DNA of 63,631 nt, counting the filler, from Nemertoderma westbladi (taxonomy: Eukaryota; Animalia; Xenacoelomorpha), in NCBI GenBank assembly GCA_032718475.1. It is 3 parts of 3 records of this genome, joined end to end, with 100 filler letters (N's around TTAATTAATTAA, not from the genome) between each part and the next. Parts side by side here need not be neighbours in the genome. Positions count along the whole stretch, not along the records: positions 1 to 30,837 come from JAUCBJ010002036.1; 2 more parts are not named here. One strand, given 5' to 3'. The notes under the pieces are model-generated. The model was not told the DNA's origin. It was given only the letters and a program-made list of their open reading frames with translations, and made no database searches. Below, piece after piece: positions 12,333 through 23,153 of the stretch. Position numbers and translations under genes: made by a program. Each line of letters starts with the position of its first letter. Position 1 is the stretch's first letter.

Positions 12333-13806
12333 TTAAAGAAGTTGGAATTACGAAGAAGTTAAACTTAATTTTTTCCAATCTAATTTAAAAAAATGTCAAA
12401 TAGTGTTTAATTTCCAATATCTCGAGAACTATAAAACATATTTCGAAACGGTTACTATACTTGGAATCTTCGGCTAATTACCTGCACATCATGATTTATC
12501 ACTAACTGGTTACTATGGTTACTAACTGCTATGAATAGTTATGTATATAATTTTAATTTAAAATTGCGATATTGAATTAAATAGAAATCAAATTCAACAA
12601 AATCAATCGTTAAACATGTCTATCTGCTCATTTCTCCGTTCTAAAAGTCCTGCTGTCCGGAAATCCAGAAGCCCGATCAAACCGTCTGTATGGTGGTGTA
12701 CGCAGTTCTAGAACACATGTTCTGTGTTCTGTGTGTTCTGAATCTCAATCTCCGGAGTACGATTGCCCAAAAGATGTATCAAAGCCACAAAATTGTTTGT
12801 ATTGTAATTGTCCTCCAACAAATCTTAAAATTAACAATATTGTTTATGGTAGCGGTAAAGATACTGATCCTGTGCCCATTGATAACTGCAAAACTGGACA
12901 CGACCAATTCCAGTTAAGTATTTATTAATCTTCACTGAAGTTCTAAACAAGTCAGGAGAAGGCGGTGCATTACTAAAACAGCAACATGGTTTCGTATCTC
13001 TTGGGGAGAATCAGATATTCTTATTCTTATTCTTATTTTATATTCTTATTTCTCTAGTGGTATCATCAACACCACGCGATTTAATTTCACATGACAAAAT
13101 GAAAGCTTGGGCTAATGATACTGTATTTGTGAACTATTTTCTGGTTAGAGGGAAAACACCTACTCCTACAAGAAAACAGTATCCAAGAAGAGCGGAGATA
13201 ATGGGAACAGTAGTTATCACATTTAAATAATGGTGGTTTATAAACTATATTTATATACTGTGTACTGTGGTATATCCTGTTTGAGTATCCACTAATTTTT
13301 TTTAGCCCATTGGCCATTCCCAAATATTTAGAATTTATTTAGCATTTTGGCGAAAATAAGCTGTTTGTAAACAGTGAATCCGCCATCTAATCACCAGAAT
13401 GACTTCTCATGTTTTTCACCACAAACTATGAGACAACGCATCTTTCCACTCCCCTTCATCCGGATGCATCTGCAAATTCTGCATCGGCCCCACCATTGAT
13501 AGATACCACGCCTTTAGTTGCTCCCCGGCTGCCTTATCTAACTTTTAAGATATTTATTTTATATAATTTTATGAATGAACATTATGTATGAATTTTATAA
13601 TAATTTAATACTGTATTTTACACGTTCTAATCGGTACCGATTTACCCTGCTTGGGGGTGTATTGTATATATAATAATTAAAAAATAGATGTTTAGCTAAG
13701 TATATAATATATACAAAATGTTCGAATGAATCTATAATTCTGGACATGATGTCCTTGTCGATCTCCGTAAAAATCATTAAGAACTGTATCATAAAGAAAT
13801 TTGATG

Positions 13807-14708
13807 TTTCCCCCCCGGACACTTCCCCCCCAGACACTTCCCCCCCGACACTTCCCCCCCGACAGTTATTAACTTCGCACATTCTTATTTTTCATTTTGT
13901 AAGGTAAACGGACCGCTTGAATGATATACTGTTTTTATTAAATATAGAATGATAATAATTAATTGTTTTAATTATAGGTATTATTATGTAATAGTCTTCT
14001 TCAAATTGTAGCAGATGGGGATGAATATTATTTTTGCAATCAAAATTATACCTCTCCAGAGTAAAATCGACATGCGTCGACCTGTATTCTGTATTCAGCA
14101 TTACATATTGATATACATATTACTACTATACATACTATATAGATATTATACACACTACATATTAAATTTCCTGGTTACTTGCAATATTTTTAATAGGATT
14201 TTGTTGAATTATATAATATTGTAGTAATTTATATATTAATTTGGTTAACATTCAATACAGCTCCTACTTTAGGCTTAGTCAATTTATTATCTGGTGATAC
14301 AAACATGAATTGATTATTTCAAAATGGTTTCAAAGTTTTTCACCACGACGGGCACACAGTGAATGCCGGGGTTTGGGGACGGCAGCCCCCAACCAAAGAA
14401 GCCGGGGTTTGGGGGCGGCACCCCCCAACAAAAGAAGCGGGGGTTTGGGGGCGGAACCCCCCAACCAAGTAAAAGAAAAACAAACAAAATTTGATTATAA
14501 AAATGTTTCTTTTATAATTTTGAAAAACTTGACTAGATACAATTTGTCCTGTAACCATCTTTAACTTTTGTTTATTGCTTTGGTGCACCAAGATAAATTT
14601 TAACAATTTAACTGGGGGGGAAGTGTCCGGGGGGAAGTGTCCTACTTGGGCGGGGGGGATGTGTCCGGGGGGGAACTGTCCGGGGGGGGAAGTGTCCTAG
14701 ATCCCCGT
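13807..14708. mobile_element. Foldback/MITE-like element with modular inverted ends
   Basis: Left (GACACTTCCCCCC)n at 13810-13865; right (GGGGGGAAGTGTCC)n at 14612-14698; three internal ~33-bp GGGGTTTGGGGGCGG..CCCCCAAC hairpin repeats at 14367-14467. Confidence 0.7.
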
Positions 14709-14758
14709 AGTGAGAATATATTTTCCCTCCCCATAAAAGAAAAAAATTGTAAAAAAAA

Positions 14759-15146
14759 TTATACGGGGGTGAGACCTGGACACTGTCTAAATCACTTAAA
14801 CAACGAATTGATGGTTGCTACACAAGACTACTAAGGGCAGCCCTATACATCAGCTGGAGACAACACATGACAAACGCCGAGCTTTATGGTACAATACCAC
14901 CTGTATCAACCACCCTCCGTGAACGCAGATTAAGATTCAGTGGGCACTGCTGGCGAAGTAAAGATGGTCATACCAGAAGTAGTGGACGACCGGCCATAAC
15001 ATATATAGATCAACTTGAAAGGGATACTGAACTTGGGAGAAACGAAATTGCGACAACTATGGAGAATCGGGGGAAGCCTGGAAGGATCTCATTTCCACTG
15101 TCGCACTGTCCGAGTTTGCTCGACCTAGTAGTAGTTGTAGTAGTAG
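14759..15146 (+). mobile_element. RTE family A 5'-truncated copy with (TAG)n tail and ~47-bp TSD
   Basis: Matches the 3' end of 23154-26614 with an internal deletion; flanked by GAGAATATATTTTCCCTCCCCATAAAAGAA..AATTGTAAAAAAAA at 14712 and 15146. Confidence 0.9.
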
Positions 15147-15505
15147 AGAATATATTTTCCCTCCCCATAAAAGAAGGAAAATTGTAAAAAAAAAAGTAAT
15201 GAAAGCAAGGGCGGGTATGGGCTGCGTGGAGTTTAATTCTGAGTTACGCAATGGGTTGGGTCTGGGTGGATAGCAACAACACATTATAATTTAATTTAAT
15301 TTAATTTCAAACATAACCAATAAATGGAAAGTGCAGTTTAAACAAGGGAAGGGGGGTGGTGGGGGGGGGGGGGGGGGGGGGGCACTAGCGAACCGATGGG
15401 GGAGGCCATGTGGCCTATAGATTAGATAAATAATAAAAATATTAAAGATCCACATTCAAAATTTTCTGAAACAAAGTGCATTTTTCTAAGCAAAAAGCTT
15501 CGCAT

Positions 15506-15950
15506 TGTAACCGGGCTGGCCAAGGGCTAGATCCATGGGGGGTAATTTGAGAATATCCCTTGGTAGTATTACAGTATATCAGTTGTGGCCGTGGCCTTCT
15601 GGCTGGCCACAACAACTGGGAAATACGTTGCTTTCTTGTAAGGAGAAATATTCACAACAAATTATGCCATATAGGGAGTACAGGAGTAAGTTGGCTCAGT
15701 GCTATGCTGTATATTAGCTTGGGGTGCCTTGTATTCCGACAACGACAGAGCACTGACAAAGTAAAGGTATAGCATCTGTAATGGCTCTTAGCTTAGGACA
15801 CCCCAGCATGTAGAACCAATTATCAGAATTACCAGAAATGTTCTAAAGTCTTCCCAAGAAATTAGATAGTCAACTATACTAACCTACAACACACAGGAGG
15901 CCGCCAACCAAAGAGATTGGCCTCGTGGCTCTGGGCTGGCCTGGTTTACA
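15506..15950. mobile_element. Possible solo LTR or old MITE
   Basis: Begins TGTAACCGGGCTGGCC and ends GGCTGGCCTGGTTTACA (imperfect inverted ends, TG..CA). No TSD seen. Confidence 0.3.
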
Positions 15951-16135
15951 TTAATTTTTGAAAATCCAATTAGTTTGAGTTTGCGACCATTTCCCGCCAC
16001 GAACTCACATCTCGGTACCTAGAAATCGCAATGTCCAATCCACCCCTAAATCATTCCTCTACTTATGGATTCCATTTAATATTTTTGGTAAATATTTTGT
16101 AAATAATATTTGGATACTTGTTGTTATATGGGTTC

Positions 16136-16283
16136 TGTTGCGTTTCGGCAACTCAAATTCGCGTTTAGGCAACTCAAATTCGCGTTTCGGCACCTGAACA
16201 ATTACGTTTTACCAACTGCTATAGTTGTGTTTCGGCAACTCGTAGTTGCATTTCGGCGAACTGAAATTGCGTTTCGGCAACTA
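16136..16283. repeat. ~21-bp degenerate tandem repeat, about 7 copies
   Basis: GCGTTTCGGCAACT core repeated. Confidence 0.8.
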
Positions 16284-16904
16284 CAGTAGGTCACATACCC
16301 TCGTATGTAATGTAACTGTGACTGCACTCATTATGTAAGTAAATGATGATAAATGAATGAGTTGTTATGAAATGGAGAAATTGAATGATTTTGGAAACCC
16401 ACAACATGTTGCAGTGTCCACCATAATCGCTTTCACACGGACAAACCTGTAAAATAAAACCCAGAGACACTGAGAGCTGTCTGCATCGTATTAATACACA
16501 TCGAATGAGCCACAAAGCAAGGAATGAGAGCGAAATCTGTCGACGTGTATCGATGGACATACATACAAACTGAGCAGAATTATATATATTAGATATTATG
16601 GTGGCCCATGGTTGCCACTATAAAACTTGTAAAAAAAATTTGAATAATATAAAGAATGGTGTGTAATATATAAACTATATTTGATGGCTAATACACCAAC
16701 CACAAAACAAGCACGATGGGTAAAACATTATTAACAAATAATATAAACACTAAATGTACTACATAATTTGAATATTTGTTTCGAATTAATTAAATTGTAT
16801 AGAATAGGGCAAAGAAATTTAAAATTAAAACAATGGAGGGGGGGGGGGGGGGGGGGATAGCATTTAGGTGCCATGTTGGTCTCCCAGTAGCAGCGGTTCT
16901 TGGG

Positions 16905-19900
16905 GAGGTTGAATGACTCCTTTATGCAGGAGGCATTCCCAGCTTGGATTGCTATCCCAAGGCGTTGATGCAGGAATTGCGTAGACCTCTTGTTGCCGCT
17001 GACCTTCTCCAAGAGCTGGCCTAATTGTCGAAGGAATGACAAGGATGAAGGTCATATGCCACAAAGCGTCTCCACAGCGACAGACTGGACTAAGTAGTCT
17101 TTGGCAAAGTTCCAATACTTAGCAAGTTTCCGCCCTTCTGCCAATTCAGCGACTGTTGAGCCATCTAAACATGCGGCATTTGAGTATGAGGCGGCAAGGC
17201 GATGGGCAGGTAAAGTCCCACACGAGGGCTTTGCCGTTTGACCAAGAGAGCAGAGTGGCTCCATCGGGGCGCTTTAGGTCGTTGTCATTGCTGAGCCCGA
17301 CTGGTTCAAGGGTTGCGGGTACCTCAGTGGATTGGAGGGCGTGGTAGATGGTGTCATTGCACAGACGGTGTCGTGCATGTCGGCTCTTGGCAAACTTGCA
17401 GACTATGGCATGGCTAGCTGAAGCATCAACGACGGCGCCACACACACAAGCATGGGAAGAGCAAACAGGTGCACCAAGACGGAGAGCAACAGCCATACCG
17501 AACTGTTCATCGGCAAGGCGGAGGCCAAGGGTAGCAGAAGGGATGGCATTCAACCACTCACCAGAACCAGGTGCTTGGCAGCCCTTAAGGCGGGACACAG
17601 AGCTATTATCACTAGATGAAATTAGTGATGCCAGTTGGGATTTGGATACTGGGTCCTGCCAAGATCTTTGGTTGCTTGGTGTCTCAGGAATATCAAAAGA
17701 AGGTTAGTAGCATTCCCATAACTCGACGGCAGCTCGAAGGAACAAAGGTTCATCCAAGTTTCCAGTGATAGCAGAGGCTAATTCGTGGTTGCGGTGTACT
17801 GAGGCGAGGTAAGCACCTGGGGCTGTCAGCCTAACAGATGGTACACCGAGGCCCCCGAACCGACAAGGGAGGCAAGCCTGCGTCCAGCAGTCAGGGGTCA
17901 TGGACATGTTGGTCACATCTTGAAGTGTATCCCTAATGCAGTTGTCAATGCGCCCAATCAGGTTGGGGGAAGTAAAGGCAGGAGACATCTTTAGGGTATA
18001 CATTAGCTTAGGCATTGCCAGGCAGTTCTTAAGAAGGAAGAATGCATCATGGTGACCAAGTAGATTAAGTCTTACTCTAAACTGTTGGATGCATTTGAGT
18101 TTCTCAATGAGGGTGACATCGAGGGCATCTGGCCCAAGGGATGAACCCAGGAGGATGAGATCTGCAGGTGCAGTGACTTTGAAGAGTGGACATCCCTGCC
18201 TAAAGGCGCTGATTATGTCTGGGGCATCTTCAGGGCAGAAAGTGGTAATCTCACACTTGCTTTCATTAAGAATGAGGCCAATCTCTTTGCAAGCATCTCT
18301 AAATGCTATCAAGTCAGTAAGAACTTTGTCCCACTTGCCCCCAATACCAACATCATCGACATAGCCAATTCTGAGGCGGGATTTCAAGAGTTTGAGCATG
18401 GGGTGGAGACCAAGGCAGAATCCAAAGATAGCAACAGGGTCTCCTTGCTGGAAGCCTTCATCAGATTTCAAAATCTCGTTACCATAGGATAAGAAGGTTG
18501 CATTCTCGTAACAAAGGCTAAAGAAAGGTAATAGTTCTGGAGCATGCTCTCTCAAACATTCTGCAACATGATCACGACGCATCGTATTGAAGGCATTTGT
18601 GAAGTCCAGTTTAATGAAAAAATATACTGGATGAGCAGATGAAATGAAGTTCCAGAGGGAATGCACTGCAGCTTCACCACCTCCTGAGACACTAAACCCT
18701 AGTTGGAGTGGGGCAAATATGGTGGCAAATTTCTTAGAAGCAGAACCAGAAGCACACTTAGCAGTTAAACGGCGCCAGGTCTCTCCGACTGCTATGGGCC
18801 TGATCCCCCCACCCTTCTTGTTGAAGGCATGCATAGCAGCACCGGCAATGACTGGACGAATGTGGTTGGGGACATCACCAGCTAGCAACTCATTGACTAG
18901 GGATGTGGTAGATGACAATAGCAAGGTGCCTGAATCACCAGATTGTTTGGAAGTAGCATCCTGGAGGTGCTGGGGGCGCAATCCAGATAGACCAGCGGCT
19001 GACCCAGGTCTAAAGCTCTCGATATAGGATTTAATAGTAGCAGTTGACACTAGGAGTGGTTCAAAATCCAGGCATGTTGGGATCGGTCGTCTATCGTTAG
19101 GACGTTCAGGATGCTTTGAACGAAGCACGTTGAGTGTTGTATCATTGAATGGAGCAATGGTGTCACTACAAGAGGCAATACGGACAGCACCCTTAACATC
19201 CCCTTCATCCAGTTTCTGGGAGATAATGGCCGCCAGCTGTTGTTGCATTTCAATATCAGAAGAGGTAAGTTTATGAGCCCTTGATCGTTTAGTAGATAGG
19301 AGTAGAGGGGGTATGTCTGGGGTTGCGGCGAACGAGGAACACTGATGGTTAATAAGGGAGGCTAGAGACACACGTTGCTTTCGGCCTCCCTTTTCAGGGC
19401 ATTTAAGACAGTGGAAAGGGGCTAGGAGGAAGCGACTCCATGCAATTGTATCATTCCGGGACAGGACATCCTGGATGCACGAATTTAAGGTTTTAGCAAC
19501 TTTGACCCTTGAACCACGGGGAATAAACTTTAATATCCTTACCTTAGAATCTTTCAGGAGCTGAAGAAGTTGGAAAGCATCTAAAGGAGGAGAAGAACTA
19601 GCAATTCCAGGGTCAGGGACCTCTGGGATTGCATTGTCCTGGGACATTGCGCCATGGTTTAGTGGTTGGCTGGAAAGGGGAGGCAATGTTCTGATTCCAG
19701 GGCAGGGGGATCCTTTACTGGTTTTATGTTTCCTAATTTGGCCACTGCTATTTAGTAGGCATGATTTGTTGCAGCATGGACAATCAAGGCACCGAGGGGG
19801 ATGGGGATTTGATTGTGAGGGACCTTGCAAGGAACATTGAGAAGCCAGCCAGGAAGGGGCTGCGGTTGGGGGGGCATATGATGATGAAGGGGCCACCCCC

Positions 19901-20247
19901 ATTGTTGGATGTTGAGGGGCTTGCACCCAAAAGGGGAGCACATGGTTGGGGGGTATAGTTTGGATCGGAGGACTCAAATTATTAATATTATAAATGCCAG
20001 ATGTCCCTGGGGAAATTGGAGCTCTTAAAGGAGATTTTTCAACCAGGATCGTGGAATTGTTGGCAAACGTGACAGGATCGCCATAAGCCCCTAAAGGAGA
20101 CTCTTGGTGTTGGGGGTTAAGGAATTGGGCCGGCCTAACCAGATTAACCTTATAAGATACATCCACTTCAAGTTGAGATCGAAAGGAGGCGATGGATTTA
20201 TCATTGGTATTATGCCATCCAATGGCAAGCAACCCTCGAGGCACCAC
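16905..20247 (-). pseudogene. RT-RLE polyprotein of the CRE-like element
   Basis: The 847-aa ORF (17704-20247) continues in frame past one TAA into the RLE ORF (17598-17146), followed by frameshifts near 17200 and 17050. N-terminal CPCC..GQIRKH..CPG Zn finger. Confidence 0.88.
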
Positions 20248-20802
20248 TTTGCAAATCTACAAATGTGCACCCCGCACTGGTAACTATTAAATTGTACACG
20301 GTTAATGGAAGGATATACGGTAAAGTGTGGGGGGAGGGTTCGGTTGGATTCTTTGGCAATGAGGAGGGCCCATTTTTTGATGGAATCAATCGCATTGGCA
20401 TTTGAGCCCCCGCAGGAATCAAAAAACCAAATTGAAGATCTAGGGGGAGAAAAAGCAGCAAGGGTCCAATGGCTGTTTTGGACGTTAATAGGGAAAAAAA
20501 TAAAGTCGTTATCTAGAAATGGGACAGAACAGTCCCTACTAAGGTTTCTGCCACTTTTAAAACCTCCTTCTTGGAATATATCAAGGAAGTGGGAGTTAAA
20601 AACCCTAGCAGGGCGTTCGTGGTCCAAGCAAAAGGATTGATTGAGTGCTTCGATAATGTTGTCAGTAAGCCAGTTTTCATGCTTTAAAGAATCGATGTCA
20701 TGTTTGGATAGGGGTAAACCAGCTAACTCATATATGTCCTCAGTCAGTGGGGGTGGGTCCGCTAATAGCAAGCTATCTGAAAGGCTAATGCATGGGATAT
20801 CC
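20091..20802 (-). pseudogene. Ulp1/SENP-like cysteine protease (peptidase C48) domain upstream of the CRE RT ORF
   Basis: SLKHENWLTDNII, VFNSHF, FFPINVQNSHWTL, FFDS, QFNSYQCGVHIC: His-Asp-Cys triad and oxyanion Gln present. Overlaps the RT ORF out of frame. Confidence 0.85.
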
Positions 20803-22548
20803 ATATGTAAAAAATATATATAAAAATATATGCAAGGAAAAAAGATATAAATAACTAAAGTATTAAGTGATGAACATTGATGAATCAAAAATAAATAAAT
20901 GAGATATATATTATATAGGTAATTTAGTTCAAAAAAATAAAATTAATGAGTTATATTATATAGGTAATTTTGTTCTAAAAATATATAGGATTCGGAAACA
21001 ATTACTCAAATCGGAAACAGGAAAATTAAGTTTGAGATGAAGCAGGCAAAAACAAGCAACGAATGGAGAACACAAAAAAGAGTGGCAGGTATATTTAAAG
21101 AGCTTTGGGGCGTCAGTGATCATGCTGTCGAGGGACGGACATTCGAAAAACGAATTAAAGATGATTGGAAACAAAAAAAACAAACTGAGGCAACAATAAT
21201 TGTGAAAAAACAATTACAGCTGAATGAGGTATTCTGTTAACCAGATAATAGCGATTGACGAAATAAAGCAGTCAGTAAAGCAGGCAATAAACAAACAACG
21301 AATAGGTGATAAACAAGAATTACCGGTAAAACGGTCAATAAACAAACAACGAATATGTGATAAACAAGAATTACCGGTAGTAACAATCGAGACAATAATG
21401 GCACTAGGACAATACGATGATACAGAATAACACTATCGAACAATATGACGGTTTGAGAAATTGAACAATAGGTTGATTGAAAGATGAGATAACGGGAGAG
21501 GGAGCGAAGGATGGGAACAGATCAACACAAACTGATCCAACAAGCCTCCATTAACAACTGAGGTTGGCGCATCAGATGTGAAGGAAGCAGCACCAAGGAC
21601 CTCAAAGCTCGGTCAGGTCGAGAGAGCGATTGGAGGGTAGCTAATGGGATGGAGACAGGACCCCCGGGATATCGCCAACAGTTGGGAAATCCGATGAGAT
21701 ATTGGGTTAAATCTGGGTCGGGTAGGACCGAGTACAGTGAGCGGGCAGTTAGACAGGCAGACAGTCAGGCAGTTGGGCAGTATCAGATTACTCAATGTAT
21801 ATTAAAAAAAAAAATCCTGTCGAATTGTTTTTCAAAAAAAAAATGAAAAAAAAAGTATGAGATATAAAGAAAATTTATCTTGAAAAGATTAAATAAAAAA
21901 AATACTAACAAAAACCCAACCTGTGTGTACCATACTGATGACGTCATATTACATGACCAATCTTCCATTCACAAAAGCTGAACCCGGTACCTTTAACAGT
22001 ACCGTTTTCGTATTGCCGATTTTTGTTGATCCTCATGAAGCGAATTCAGTATCAGTACTGTACTGCAGTACCAGTACAGTATGTCTAAATCTTTATGTGA
22101 ATAGGCCCTATTAATGGTACCAGTAACGGTATCGCAGATCTGTATAGGCCTATACACAGACATAGTTTAATTTTTGATTATGGAAAGGAAAATCCACAAG
22201 GAATGACTTGCTGCTTAATATTGAACATAAACTGGCGACAATCGGATCGACAGGGGACGAAATTAGGTAAGGGTGGTGGGTACTGGAAGTGCGTATTTGA
22301 ATGTTTTAATTGATTGATTGAATGAATTACAGCAATTAATGCAATTCGCTTACCCACTATTCATATATATATACATTCCAAGAAGAAGTTAATGTTCCTT
22401 AATATCCAAGGCGCCAACTATGACCTATATGATCCCGAGATAACTACAAGGGTGCTGATGGAAGAGAATAAGAGTTTTATTTTTGTGCTGGAAATTGCAG
22501 TGTTGTTGGAATCGCAACTTTTCTTAAGCAGCACAAATGCAACAAATT

Positions 22549-22746
22549 CAGTCAGTACTAAGGTTTGGTTACTGAGGAGTAAGTGACTCAGTCAGTACTA
22601 GGTTTGGTTACTGAGGAGTAAGTGACTCAGTCAGTACTAAGGTTTGGTTACTGAGGAGTAAGTGACTCAGTCAGTACTAGGTTTGGTTACTGAGGAGTAA
22701 GTGACTCAGTCAGTACTAAGGTTTGGTTACTGAGGAGTAAGTGACA
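22549..22746. repeat. 39-40-bp minisatellite, 5 copies
   Basis: TCAGTCAGTACTA(A)GGTTTGGTTACTGAGGAGTAAGTGAC repeated. Confidence 0.95.
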
Positions 22747-23153
22747 CACTTAACTGTTTTGTGTTATGTGGAGTTACTCCTGTTTTCTGTTTATTGTGTT
22801 TTTTAGATTTAGAGTTTAGTTTTTTAGATTTATGTATGAGCGACATAAAAATATAAACAACTCAACATTGACTATGTTATAACTCTAATTATATTTAGAA
22901 TAACTAAACTTTAGACTTTAAACTTTAGTCCAATCAATATCTTTTATGTGGAAGTTCTTCCTACTATTACTACTATAATCAGCCTGCTGCATTGAAACTG
23001 CACATTGAGATCTATGCCAGCTAATCAAATGTACTGTGCTGTGGTAGTTATTTTATGAGCTATGGGTTTCTATTATTAGGTGTTTATTAATCCAACTTTT
23101 TATGTTATATGAGATATGTTATATGTGATATGACTTTTTATGTTATGTTATAT

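Larger units (their letters stand above)
16730..21800 (-). mobile_element. CRE-clade-like non-LTR retrotransposon (Ulp1-like protease, Zn finger, RT, restriction-like endonuclease), near full length, disrupted
   Basis: RT motifs GIRPIAVGE, KLDFTNAFN, GFQQGDP, GYVDDV, LPCRFGGLG; RLE region CVCG..HAIVC, RH, KRPDG, WDFT, RKLAKY, VAVET, FLHQRLGIAIQAGNA. Element ends are approximate. Confidence 0.88.

Noticed and set aside
17156-20823. Plus-strand ORFs over the CRE element
   Set aside because: Antisense shadows of the RT/protease frames with no recognisable motifs.
16600-21950. Sequence-specific target (spliced-leader or snRNA gene) or TSD for the CRE-like element
   Set aside because: No convincing TSD or RNA gene was recognisable at either flank.
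22203-22266. First coding exon of the ankyrin gene (phase-compatible with 47397)
   Set aside because: A phase match has a one-in-three chance, and the two segments are on different contigs separated by an artificial linker.
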